A DNA stretch of 32,000 nt from Oxalobacteraceae bacterium (GCA_947448025.1 CANFLV010000030.1:7656-39655), one strand, 5' to 3'; positions 18,717 to 26,843 are shown, counted from the stretch's first letter. Numbers and translations are program-made. Notes: generated by a model from the sequence alone, not told the origin.

Positions 18717-20267
18717 CTACTTTGCCAGCTCTACAAACGCCGCCGTATACATTTGAAGATTCAGCAGCAACTGCTTTGTGGTGATGAATTCATGTTCGGA
18801 GTGCCCGGTGTAGACTTCGCCAGGCATGCCCGGGCCAAAACTGATCGCATGCGGAAACAGCCGCGAATTGGTGCTGCCCCCTATCGCTTTGGCCTTCGGA
18901 TCGGGTGCACCGGTAAAGTGCGAAAAGATCCCCAGCAGGACGTCCGCCTGCGGAACTTCCTGTGCGATCCAGGGGTCACCGATCACCAAAGCGATCTTGT
19001 CGAGGCTGACATGGCGGCTTTGCCATTGCTTCAGGGCCGACTGGATTTCCTCGCTGAGCTGACTGCTACTCTTGCCTTGTGGGCGGCGCAGATTGATATT
19101 GAGGCTCAGCCCGGCGGGTGAGTCCGTGATCACTGTCGGTGCAAATGTCATGGGTCCCATAAAGCTGTCGCTATAGGCGATGGCGCCGAATTTTTCAGCC
19201 AGATAGCCGGTGCCGACCATGCCGTTCAAAAAAGTCACCAGCATCCCGGCAGTGGTCGGCGGCCAATTTGTCACGTCCAGGGCATCGGCCAACATGCTGA
19301 TGGCATTGATGCCGAATTCCGGCTTGGAGGAATGGGTCGATACGCCGTGTGCCTTGATGAGCAGTTGATCGTCTTCCCTTGTAAACTGATAGTGCATGCC
19401 AGTCTGGCCGGCTGCGCGCCGGCGTATCTGGTCTTCCAGCGCCGGTGTGGCATGGCTTATGGTGGCGCTGGCGTCTTCCGGAATCTGGCTCGCGAAAAAT
19501 CCGCCGCCAAAGCGACTAATGACCGGCTGCCCATTTGCGGGTGCAGGCTGGGGCGGCACGGTCAATTTGACCGCGCCGTAGCCTTTTTCGGCGACGACCA
19601 CGGGATATTCTGCATCGAGGGTGATATTTAACTTCGGTAGGGAATGGCTCGCGACGAAACGCTCGAGCGGCGCCCAATCGGATTCCTCGGCCATATAAAT
19701 ATACAACTCCAGCCGCTTGCGAAGTGCCAGCTTGCGATCTTTGATGGCCTTCATACCGTACAGTGCAGTGGCGATCGGACCTTTGTCGTCTTCTGCGCCG
19801 CGCGCCAGCAGGCGTCCCGGTTCGCTGACGGCATCAAGTTCAAACGGCGAACGCGCCCATTTGGCCGCATCGACTGGCTGGACGTCCCCGTGCGCAATGA
19901 TGCCGAGCCGCTCGGTACTGTTACCCGTGCCGATCACCACGACAGCGCCATAATCGGCAAAGTCGAATCCCAGGCGCTCGGCTTTGGCCTTGAGGTAACG
20001 TTTGAATCCGATATGCTGGGGATTTTGCTCGAGCGGGATGTTCGGGTTTGCGACCGTATTGAATCTGACCAGTTCAGCCAGACAGGCGATCGTCTCGTCG
20101 CGATAAGTGTCGACGGCGTAACGCGCCGTGTCTATGGCCGCTGCACCGGGCGCCGGCAATTTAGCGGCCTGTGCCCGGGCGGCGGGCAAGCCGCTGGCGA
20201 GCGCTAGAGCTAGGATAGCTAACAGGCGTTGCAGATGCTTGGGCGGCTGGGTGGCGGGTAAAGGCAT
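18717..20267 (-). CDS. M20-family metallopeptidase (PepV/Sapep-like dipeptidase), secreted
   Basis: 516 aa with M20 metal-ligand blocks (IIAHGDVQPV, LARGAEDDKGP). The N-terminus MPLPATQPPKHLQRLLAILALALASGLPAARAQA is signal-peptide-like. Confidence 0.85.
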   Translation of the reverse strand: MPLPATQPPKHLQRLLAILALALASGLPAARAQAAKLPAPGAAAIDTARYAVDTYRDETIACLAELVRFNTVANPNIPLEQNPQHIGFKRYLKAKAERLGFDFADYGAVVVIGTGNSTERLGIIAHGDVQPVDAAKWARSPFELDAVSEPGRLLARGAEDDKGPIATALYGMKAIKDRKLALRKRLELYIYMAEESDWAPLERFVASHSLPKLNITLDAEYPVVVAEKGYGAVKLTVPPQPAPANGQPVISRFGGGFFASQIPEDASATISHATPALEDQIRRRAAGQTGMHYQFTREDDQLLIKAHGVSTHSSKPEFGINAISMLADALDVTNWPPTTAGMLVTFLNGMVGTGYLAEKFGAIAYSDSFMGPMTFAPTVITDSPAGLSLNINLRRPQGKSSSQLSEEIQSALKQWQSRHVSLDKIALVIGDPWIAQEVPQADVLLGIFSHFTGAPDPKAKAIGGSTNSRLFPHAISFGPGMPGEVYTGHSEHEFITTKQLLLNLQMYTAAFVELAK

Positions 20268-20690
20268 GCGGGCTCCGAGATGGAATTATTGTTGAGATTT
20301 TTTCACGGCTGGCGCAAATTCTACTGTGAATGGTGGCTGCATAGATCGCACTAACTGTACGAATCAAATCGTTTCCAGCCCAGATATCGTAGAACAAGGG
20401 TAATCAGCCCAATTTTAACGGCCGGCATCGGTAGAGACTATGCCGCCATCGCGAGCCACTTTCTCAGCGTGTAACCACCTAGGGACATGTTCGAGCGTTT
20501 GTACTAGTGATTCCATAGCTATCTTGCATAGGGCTGCTGACTGGCTATTAGCAGACGCATATCCAATACAGATCGTCTGTCAGCAAAGGCCGAGATGCAG
20601 TCCGTGAGTGGCACCATTGGGCGACTAGTCCATCTCGATACCTGCCGTTAAATTTTTGACGTATCTACCGGCAGCAGTGGGTCGTAATTG

Positions 20691-20893
20691 CCAGAAATTG
20701 GGACAGCCACTATTCTTTTGCCATTCTTTTGGCTACCAGTTACTTTTCTGTCTTGGAGCTAGATGGAGGGTGTTATTGGATTTGCAAAGCGGCGCCAAAA
20801 AACAAAAAACCCGCATCAGCACTGGGCTAGAAGCGGGTTTTTGCACGTTTCGGGGTGACCCTAAACGAAATTTTGGTGATAGGTGGATTTGAA
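20691..20893. repeat. Direct repeat copy 1: tRNA-downstream flank + terminator + last 20 nt of a minus-strand tRNA gene (att remnant)
   Basis: Aligns with 23927-24121 (about 14 substitutions and two indels by eye). On the minus strand, 20874-20893 reads TTCAAATCCACCTATCACCA, i.e. T-loop to discriminator of a tRNA. Similarity to copy 2 ends exactly inside the T-loop. Confidence 0.8.
20797..20841 (-). terminator. Intrinsic terminator of the (now displaced) tRNA gene, copy 1
   Basis: The minus strand reads AAACCCGC-(18-nt loop)-GCGGGTTTTTTGTTTTTT. It lies about 30 nt downstream of the tRNA 3' end fragment. Confidence 0.5.
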
Positions 20894-21060
20894 TAGTGGC
20901 TGGAAACCCTTGTTAATACTGGGTTTTCACGTTTGCGAAAAAAATTGTACCGGCACTGATACCGTCAAAAAGTTTTGCGGGCTCGGCTGTTGGGGCATCA
21001 GTTGCTTGCTGTACGGTCTCCACTCATTTGAACTGATCCTATTGGACAAGCCAGTTGGGG

Positions 21061-21091
21061 ATAAAGGACATTTATCGGCGATGTCCTTTAT
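21061..21091. other. Perfect 11-bp stem-loop downstream of the 21139-22818 gene
   Basis: ataaaggacat (21061-21071) pairs with atgtcctttat (21081-21091) around a 9-nt loop. There is no U-tract on the minus-strand side, so it is not called as a terminator for that gene. Confidence 0.4.
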
Positions 21092-21138
21092 TAAATTTCT
21101 TTAAATTCAAAGGGTTAAGAAATTCTATTGACTCGATT

Positions 21139-22818
21139 TCACGCGCCTTCATCGCGATTGTCCGGCCTTTGTCCTTTATCGGCGGCACTCGCAAGCCAGT
21201 AGCGCCGCCAGCGACGTTCACCCGTATGTCGAACCAACCCGGTTTGTTCCAGATCATCGAGTGAGCGCTTTAGTGTTTTTGCAAGAATTTCCAGACCAAT
21301 CCGACGATTGATCTCGGTGCTTGAAGAGTCAGGGTAGCGCTCCAGATCCTCAAGGATCAAGGCGCGCAATCGGTGCGGTTCAATTCGCAGAAGCGTCGTT
21401 TGGAGCTTGAGTTCGGTGCCGCGCAGTAAATTCGGATCAACAAAATAGCGCATACCTTGCGTGCGTCCGGTACTCTGCACAAGTGCCAGCGTTTGCAAGC
21501 GGCCTATCCATCCAGCGAGTTCATCTGCGCCATTTGTTTCCAGCACGATGCCCAGTTCCCTTGCGGTCATGCCCTCAGTTTGCGCGAGCGCGCCAAGCGT
21601 AATCCTCTCGCGCTGCGTCAGCTGAAAGCGTTCGTCCGCCTCACTCACTAGTCGCATGACTTCAGGTTTGATGATGCGTCGCTGAATTGTTACTTTCACC
21701 CAATCGATACCTTCCTCCGGTACGGGGGCCGGGCGGCCCTGCGACAGCAGACGGTCATAAATCAGATCGAAGCCGCTACCTTCGCGCTCCATCAAGCCTA
21801 GATCGTGAAATAGACGAGCCAGTCCTTCATTGCGGCGTCGGCTGGCGTGTAGCATGTTTCGCGGCGTTACTCCGAGTGGCAGACGGCCTGGATTGACGAC
21901 CTCCAGGCGCTCAGGATACAGATTGAGGTAAATATCGCCCTGCTGCGTATAAGGTCGATGCACTAGCGCATTTACCAATAATTCGCGTATGACCTTTTCG
22001 TCATATGCCGGGACGCTGCGCCGATACAGACCTTCGGCTACTTCATAGCTCTCTCGAAAATCCGGTATCTCGCGCCAGACTGCATCGACCAATTCTACTG
22101 GCGACAATGTACAGTCGTCCCAAACCCATTTGTTAATTTTCCTACCCTGCTCATCGTATTTAATTGCCTGTATTAATGGCGCCGTGCCCAGTGCTCGTCG
22201 GTCAGCAGTGGTGCCGAGCAGCAGCACGCCAAGGCTGGTCAGTGTGCTACCGTGGGCTAAACTGTAATGGGTCAACAATTCGTCGGCGAATTTCTCTTTC
22301 ACGGAATCCTTTACGCGGTCGGAAGCGTGGATGTTCTGCATGAATTTAGATAGTTTATCGGGATCTGCAAGGTCACGGCTAACCCTGCTGTCCATCAGCT
22401 CCCATGGTCGGCCTGGTCGCTCACTGGCAAGCCGCAGTACATCGTCGCCAAGCACTGGCTGACAGGTATCACCTACTCGTAGAAAATAGCGACCATCACA
22501 GGTCGATGCAACATTGGGCGAGCGCTCAATTGTCAATTCTATGAATTCGCCGCCATTTGCAGCATGAATTACGCAAGGTAGGACTTGTACATTGACGGTT
22601 AATTCGCCGATACGCTTGCGTAGGCGATCCAAAATTTCTGGTGGGACAATCTGTCCGACAGGCGGCAGCAGTTCGCCATCTTCAATGCCAATTAGCAAGC
22701 GTCCGCCAGCACCATTGGCAAAGCAGACGCAGTCGCTTGCCAATGAGTTCCAGTCAGCGGTCTTTCCGATGACGGTGCGGAGCGATTTCCGATCTGTGTG
22801 CTGGTCTTCGAGGATCAT
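21139..22818 (-). CDS. AlbA_2 ('divergent AAA'/Schlafen-like) + HATPase_c_4 + double winged-helix protein (often annotated 'ATP-binding protein' or 'RecG-like transcriptional regulator')
   Basis: 559 aa. The N-terminal block DRKSLRTVIGKTADWNSLASDCVCFANGAGGRLLIGIEDG fits the AlbA_2/AAA_4 pattern. The central RELLVNALVHRPYTQQGDIYLNLYPERLEVVNPGRLP is the HATPase_c_4 signature. The C-terminus has two wHTH-like segments. Assignment is from remembered motif patterns, not a search. Confidence 0.8.
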   Translation of the reverse strand: MILEDQHTDRKSLRTVIGKTADWNSLASDCVCFANGAGGRLLIGIEDGELLPPVGQIVPPEILDRLRKRIGELTVNVQVLPCVIHAANGGEFIELTIERSPNVASTCDGRYFLRVGDTCQPVLGDDVLRLASERPGRPWELMDSRVSRDLADPDKLSKFMQNIHASDRVKDSVKEKFADELLTHYSLAHGSTLTSLGVLLLGTTADRRALGTAPLIQAIKYDEQGRKINKWVWDDCTLSPVELVDAVWREIPDFRESYEVAEGLYRRSVPAYDEKVIRELLVNALVHRPYTQQGDIYLNLYPERLEVVNPGRLPLGVTPRNMLHASRRRNEGLARLFHDLGLMEREGSGFDLIYDRLLSQGRPAPVPEEGIDWVKVTIQRRIIKPEVMRLVSEADERFQLTQRERITLGALAQTEGMTARELGIVLETNGADELAGWIGRLQTLALVQSTGRTQGMRYFVDPNLLRGTELKLQTTLLRIEPHRLRALILEDLERYPDSSSTEINRRIGLEILAKTLKRSLDDLEQTGLVRHTGERRWRRYWLASAADKGQRPDNRDEGA

Positions 22819-22934
22819 ATGGTCAATATTCTACTAGAGAGAGGCGCATTCTTGTGATCGATGAATTTGATGGCAGTTTGCAGACATTGCTGATCCGATG
22901 CGTGATTTTCGTGTTTTATGATCCTGCCCTAAAT

Positions 22935-22958
22935 AAAAATGGCGCGCTGCGCATTTTT
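22935..22958. terminator. Terminator-like hairpin inside the divergent intergenic region
   Basis: aaaaatggcgc-gct-gcgcattttt is a GC stem (one bulge) flanked by A5 and T5. It is unexpected between two divergently oriented genes and suggests a lost or decayed gene here. Confidence 0.4.
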
Positions 22959-23346
22959 AGTACACACGACGCCTAAACTCTCGATGAGATGAAGCGCGCG
23001 GTTGAGCGCTCCGGCAGAACTGGGTACATACACACGCTGGCGGCGGGCCTCTGAATGGTGATCGGCATGAAGTATAAAAGCGTGGGACATTCTCTGTGGC
23101 CCGGCAGGTTCATAACAAAGCCTTACCTCTGTTTCTACGCGCCGCAGAGTATGGCTACAAGAACGACGTTGTCATATCACCAAGGTCGTTTTCCAATGAT
23201 AGCCGAGTGACAGGCGAAAGCCGACGCGTCAATTCAGAAAACAGGTCATCGCCCAGTGACACTCCAGTCGCACCGTGACGGCATGAGACTCACTGAAGCA
23301 GTAGTCGCGCCCAATCATTGGTGCCCCGCCGGCTGGTCTTACTGAC

Positions 23347-23775
23347 ATGATCGCGCTAGCAGCACTTCGTGGCCTGAAGCGTTTGACTACCGAAGAGTTG
23401 GCTTTGCATATTCAACGTGAGCCAGCGCAGGCTAGGCGTACTCTTGAAGCATTGGTTGAAGCCGGCCTCGCTCAGGCGCACGGCGCAACAAAGGGCCGAA
23501 CTTATACTTTGGCTCCGGGTATCTATCATGCGGACGGAGACAAGGCGGCAAACACGCGACAGCTCGGCTTTAGCAATCTGCAGCATGAGCAATTAGTGTT
23601 GAACTACGTGCAGCAACATGGTCGGGTAAGTCGTAGTGAGGTAGCGGATCTGTCTCGTTTGAGTCCACTTCAGGCAAGAGATTTGTTGCTTCGCCTGAAG
23701 AAGTCTGGCCGCCTTGTACAGCACGGAGAACGACGTGTCGCGTATTACATGCTGGGGATAGTGGATCCGGCGTGA
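23347..23775 (+). CDS. Double winged-helix protein; probably the 3' remnant of a second AlbA_2/HATPase_c_4-type gene
   Basis: The 142 aa are collinear with the C-terminal about 180 aa of the 559-aa neighbour (IALAALRGLKRLTTEELA...GRTYTL vs ITLGALAQTEGMTARELG...GMRYFV; LNYVQQHGRVSRSEVADL...GRLVQHGERRVAYYML vs LEDLERYPDSSSTEINRR...GLVRHTGERRWRRYWL). The 500 bp upstream has only broken frames. Confidence 0.55.
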   Translation: MIALAALRGLKRLTTEELALHIQREPAQARRTLEALVEAGLAQAHGATKGRTYTLAPGIYHADGDKAANTRQLGFSNLQHEQLVLNYVQQHGRVSRSEVADLSRLSPLQARDLLLRLKKSGRLVQHGERRVAYYMLGIVDPA

Positions 23776-23926
23776 TGGCAAATATGGATAGTTATGGACT
23801 TCACTTTGGACGTGTTTAGACGTCCGGATTGCAGTTAAGGTCCAATGAAATCAATCGCTTAAGCAAACTTTGAGTATGTTTATTGGAAAGTCATTGGATT
23901 AAGCACAACATTTCATTTTTAATGAA

Positions 23927-24121
23927 CCAGAAATTGGGACAGGCACTATTTTTTTGGCTACCAGTTACTTTTTTGTCTTGGAGCCCAGATGGGGGTGTCA
24001 TCGGATTTGCAAAGCGACGCTAAAAAACAAAAAACCCGCATCAGCACTGAGCTAGAAGCGGGTTTCTGCACGTTCCGGGATGACCCTAAACGAAATTTTG
24101 GTGGTGATAGGTGGATTTGAA
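23927..24121. repeat. Direct repeat copy 2: flank + terminator + tRNA 3' sequence
   Basis: Aligns with 20691-20893. Here the tRNA-like sequence continues further, to about 24148. Confidence 0.8.
24022..24065 (-). terminator. Intrinsic terminator, copy 2
   Basis: Same hairpin as copy 1 (aaacccgc 24032-24039 / gcgggttt 24058-24065), followed on the minus strand by TTTTTTGTTTTTT. Confidence 0.5.
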
Positions 24122-24148
24122 CCACCGACCCCAGCATTATGAGAACTG
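24099..24148 (-). pseudogene. 3' fragment (anticodon arm to CCA) of a tRNA-Met(CAT)-type gene; no 5' half present
   Basis: The minus strand reads CAGTT-CTCATAA-TGCTG-GGGTC-GGTGG-TTCAAAT-CCACC-TATCACC-A-CCA. That is an anticodon loop with CAT, a 5-nt variable loop, a canonical T-arm and an acceptor 3' strand. The required 5' acceptor strand GGTGATA and a D-arm are absent upstream (24149-24200), so this is an att remnant and not a functional tRNA. Confidence 0.65.
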
Positions 24149-24199
24149 CAATTTGCATATTAAAGCCAGTATTTATATGGCTTTCAAGCGATTTTTGAG

Positions 24200-24223
24200 A
24201 AAGTAGTCTACAAAGTAGTCTAC
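24200..24223 (+). repeat. Tandem 2 x 12 bp direct repeat (AAAGTAGTCTAC) next to the att junction; possible arm-type recombinase binding sites
   Basis: Two exact adjacent copies lie 24200-24211 and 24212-24223, about 55-80 bp inside the island from the tRNA fragment. The functional reading is inference. Confidence 0.5.
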
Positions 24224-24355
24224 CATATGTTTCAAAATAACCAACACTTTGAATTCCCTGCGCAGAAATCATTTTGAATGCATGTTCAATCAGAAAGTTA
24301 AAACAGACTTCAGTTTAAATGTGATCGTCGGATTTGAAATGAAGCAGCTCCCAGA

Positions 24356-24592
24356 TCACTTGATTGCCTTGCTGTACCCGTAGTCAGCACGCTTCTGAAG
24401 CGTCTCGTAGCGTTCAATCGCCGTCTTGATCTCGTCTTGCGTTGGCTTCTGCAAATTTGAAGCACGAGCGATCTGACGCGTGAGACGGTTGATTCGCTTC
24501 TCTCGCTTGACTAGGTCTGGCTGAACATTTGCTGAAACTTGCTTTGGCTGCTTCTTGCCAAGATTGATGTTGATGAACTCGTAGACGCGCAT
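24356..24592 (-). CDS. Small basic hypothetical protein (78 aa)
   Basis: The ORF is 24356-24709. The internal ATG at 24592 (MRVYEFININLGKKQ...) has a strong AGGAG 8-9 nt upstream. No family recognised. Confidence 0.45.
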   Translation of the reverse strand: MRVYEFININLGKKQPKQVSANVQPDLVKREKRINRLTRQIARASNLQKPTQDEIKTAIERYETLQKRADYGYSKAIK

Positions 24593-24976
24593 TTTTCTTC
24601 TCCTACGAGTATTTATCAGTGCTCTTGTTACGTCGCAGACGACCACTTGCTCCCGCACGCGCAATAGGTGCAGCAGGACGCTCACAGAGCGCTTGAATTC
24701 AAGAAACACGCTCTCTGTAGCAAGTTGCTGTCAAAAACGCAGCTATTAGCTCTTCAAAAAATTTCCCAAAGTTGGAGTCCAAGACAAAACGCTGACGCAC
24801 TCACGCGAAGGCATTTACATGATGAAGCTTTGGTTGTAAGTTCTAGGTTTTCAATGTGGCAATTAATGCCATATTAACTGTTGGAAAATGTCAATTTCCT
24901 AGGAAAAATTCGTAGTAACGCGTGCAGATTCATTGATAGGCAAATTTTGAATTCAACTTATTGGGGGTGAAATATC

Positions 24977-25171
24977 ATGACTTTTGATCAAGAAGAATTT
25001 GATGCAATAGCTGAAATGGAATCTGCGACGCGCGAACGAAGTGAGGCATATACATCTGTTATAAAAAAGTATAGTCGTGTATTCAATGAATTTTCATCTT
25101 CTGCTACCGTATGGCTTGCTACATTGCCAAACGCTCAATTTCTTGCATTATTTGGATTAGGGGTCATGTAA
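24977..25171 (+). CDS. Small hypothetical protein (64 aa) with hydrophobic C-terminus
   Basis: The ATG is preceded by GGGGGTG. The N-terminal half is acidic and the tail is hydrophobic (VWLATLPNAQFLALFGLGVM). First ORF of a same-strand run with the next two genes. Confidence 0.35.
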   Translation: MTFDQEEFDAIAEMESATRERSEAYTSVIKKYSRVFNEFSSSATVWLATLPNAQFLALFGLGVM

Positions 25172-25258
25172 TTTTTTCTTTTTCATGATGGACAAAGCTG
25201 TATTTGAACATATTGGTGAAAACAAAAATAATATTCAGTTTAATTAACAAATTTCAGA

Positions 25259-25519
25259 ATGGATACAAACATGAAACTTGACGACAATACAACCATCAGA
25301 AACTGCATTTTCGCAGTCAAGTGCTCAATGAAATGGGATGATTTGTGTGACACAGAAAATCATGAAATACGGTTCTGCCACAACTGTCAAAAGGAAGTAT
25401 TCTTCTGTGACACAGATGAAAAAATAGTTGATGCCATCAAGAAAAATAAATGTGTAAGCATAATATCTCCATACAGCATGGAGCTATTACTTGGTCTACC
25501 TATGTCTTTAGAAGATTGA
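25259..25519 (+). CDS. Small Cys-rich (putative zinc-ribbon) protein, 86 aa
   Basis: Seven Cys residues with spacing C-x5-C-x7-C-x9-C-x2-C-x6-C (CIFAVKCSMKWDDLCDTENHEIRFCHNCQKEVFFC). It ends 16 nt before the HNH gene start. An alternative start is ATG 25271. Confidence 0.55.
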   Translation: MDTNMKLDDNTTIRNCIFAVKCSMKWDDLCDTENHEIRFCHNCQKEVFFCDTDEKIVDAIKKNKCVSIISPYSMELLLGLPMSLED

Positions 25520-25535
25520 AATTACTGACTACTTC

Positions 25536-26405
25536 ATGAACAAGAAATTTTACAAAACAAAATTAACTAACTCTGAGAGAGTAATTCGAGCCATTAGAAA
25601 TTTAGAAAGTCTTGACAATCAAATAATGATGGGTAGTCCCTCTTCTGTAAAAAAAGAGTTGGATGACGCAATAAAATTAATCTCGCATCTTAATGATGAG
25701 TTAATTTTAAGCGAGAAATTTCATAAAAATAGTTTATTGGAAAGTAAAATTCGTGAAATTGAAAAATCAAAAGATAAAAAAATAGCAGATAGAGGTCTTA
25801 TCAATCTATTATTTGGCTCTCAGTTAAATTTCGATAATGAAAATAATAGAATTAAAGAACTGAGAGATCAGCTTGAGGATGTACGATTCTTCAAACTAAA
25901 AGAAGACTATTATGATTTCAGGAAAAATAATATTGAAAATACAAAAAAGATTTCAAAATATACATATTTACTCAAAAAATCTTTGGATGCAGCAGTGGAA
26001 AGAGAGTCCTCTAGAAAAAACTCTATGGAAATAAAACGATCTGAACAAGTAAGAAGAGAAGCAGAACGCTTGGCTGAAGAGGAGCGAATCAAGGCTTTGG
26101 CAGCTGCTCATATAGGAAAATCAAGACAACGAGCAGCCACAATAAAAAACGGATTACTTGAACAACTAGATTTGCTTAGTTATTGTCCATATTGTGGAAA
26201 TGACATTGGTGATACTCCCCATGCAGATCATATATATCCTGTATCTAGAGGAGGTTTATCAACTGCAGACAATATGATTTATGTATGTCGAAAATGCAAT
26301 AGCAAAAAAAGTGATAAGACCTTAATTGAGTTTATACATTCGACAGATAATTTAGACTTCAAGTTCATAATGAACAATCTAAAAAAACTTAAGAAAAGAA
26401 TGTGA
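25536..26405 (+). CDS. HNH endonuclease with a long N-terminal coiled-coil/charged region (289 aa)
   Basis: The C-terminal 70 aa carry a complete HNH/zinc-finger signature: CPYCGNDIGDTPHADHIYPVSRGGLSTADNMIYVCRKCNSKKSDK (CxxC...H-x-D-H...N...CxxC-N). The first about 210 aa are K/E-rich and predicted helical (EKSKDKKIADR..., RSEQVRREAERLAEEERIKALAAA). Confidence 0.8.
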   Translation: MNKKFYKTKLTNSERVIRAIRNLESLDNQIMMGSPSSVKKELDDAIKLISHLNDELILSEKFHKNSLLESKIREIEKSKDKKIADRGLINLLFGSQLNFDNENNRIKELRDQLEDVRFFKLKEDYYDFRKNNIENTKKISKYTYLLKKSLDAAVERESSRKNSMEIKRSEQVRREAERLAEEERIKALAAAHIGKSRQRAATIKNGLLEQLDLLSYCPYCGNDIGDTPHADHIYPVSRGGLSTADNMIYVCRKCNSKKSDKTLIEFIHSTDNLDFKFIMNNLKKLKKRM

Positions 26406-26416
26406 AATCTCGTTAC

Positions 26417-26638
26417 CTAATCAAACTTATAAAATTTCATCTTGTGAACATAGCCTGTATTCTGAATCAAGTAGTTGGGCGTACTAGGTAGAACTTGCGA
26501 TGATTTGATTCCATACTTCGATGCACTGTAGTTCACTCTGACGCAATCCCAAAGTACAACTTTGAATGGTAATCCCCACCCAACAAAGCGGTCTTCAAAG
26601 GCAAAATTTTCTCGAAATGGATTGAGGTGGTTTTGCAA
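26417..26638 (-). pseudogene. Orphan ORF, probably the 3' fragment of a gene truncated by an IS
   Basis: It is open only from a TTG at 26638 and abuts the IS3-type orfA remnant on the other strand. No ATG, no SD, no recognisable family. Confidence 0.25.
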
Positions 26639-26724
26639 TGAAGAAATCCCGGTTAGCAGATGGTCAGATCGTGGTGGTGTTTAAGCAAGCTGAATGCGGT
26701 ACGTCTGTTACAAATTTGTACTGA
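26638..26724 (+). pseudogene. Remnant of an IS3-family transposase OrfA N-terminus
   Basis: It translates to MKKSRLADGQIVVVFKQAECGTSVTNLY*, resembling the conserved IS3/IS911-type OrfA start (MKKSRF..EQI...LK.AE.G..V..LCR), and is then cut by a stop. No remaining transposase body or inverted repeats were seen. Confidence 0.5.
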
Positions 26725-26814
26725 TGTGAGCCACTAACTGCGATCAGTCTAGATTTGTATATATTTGATAAACTAGTCTATTGACATTATCAGACACTGG
26801 CTTACCGAAATATC

Positions 26815-26843
26815 AGAGAGGAAACTATACAAGTTTCCTCTCT
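26815..26843. other. Perfect 12-bp stem-loop
   Basis: agagaggaaact (26815-26826) pairs with agtttcctctct (26832-26843) around a 5-nt loop, followed by ttc. It sits in non-coding debris, so its function is unknown (possible terminator). Confidence 0.45.

Larger units (their letters stand above)
20894..23926. mobile_element. About 3-kb integrase-less insertion module bracketed by the two att-like repeats
   Basis: It lies between two direct repeats that both end in tRNA 3' sequence. Its composition is intermediate between core and the AT-rich island. It carries one intact and one truncated AlbA_2/HATPase_c_4-type gene and no recombinase. Confidence 0.45.

Noticed and set aside
20656-21104. ORFs of 73-78 aa (20656-20892, 20883-21104) and the 104-aa ORF 23958-24272
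   Set aside because: They run through the att repeats, the terminator hairpin and the tRNA fragment. The duplicated copies differ by indels that break the frames. Non-coding.
22929-23090. A 53-aa minus-strand ORF (MSHAFILHADHHSEARRQRVYVPSSAGALNRALHLIESLG...) between the AlbA_2 gene and the truncated paralog
   Set aside because: It has a weak SD and runs through the terminator-like hairpin. Only a vague HTH-like stretch is present. It is treated as part of the decayed region.
24099-24460. Possibility that the tRNA-like 3' end belongs to a tmRNA (ssrA) gene
   Set aside because: The acceptor end is TATCACCACCA rather than the Ala-type GGGG.../...CCCC acceptor of tmRNA. An ordinary CAT anticodon loop and 5-nt variable loop are present. 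No tag-peptide reading frame or pseudoknot-like GC segments lie upstream.
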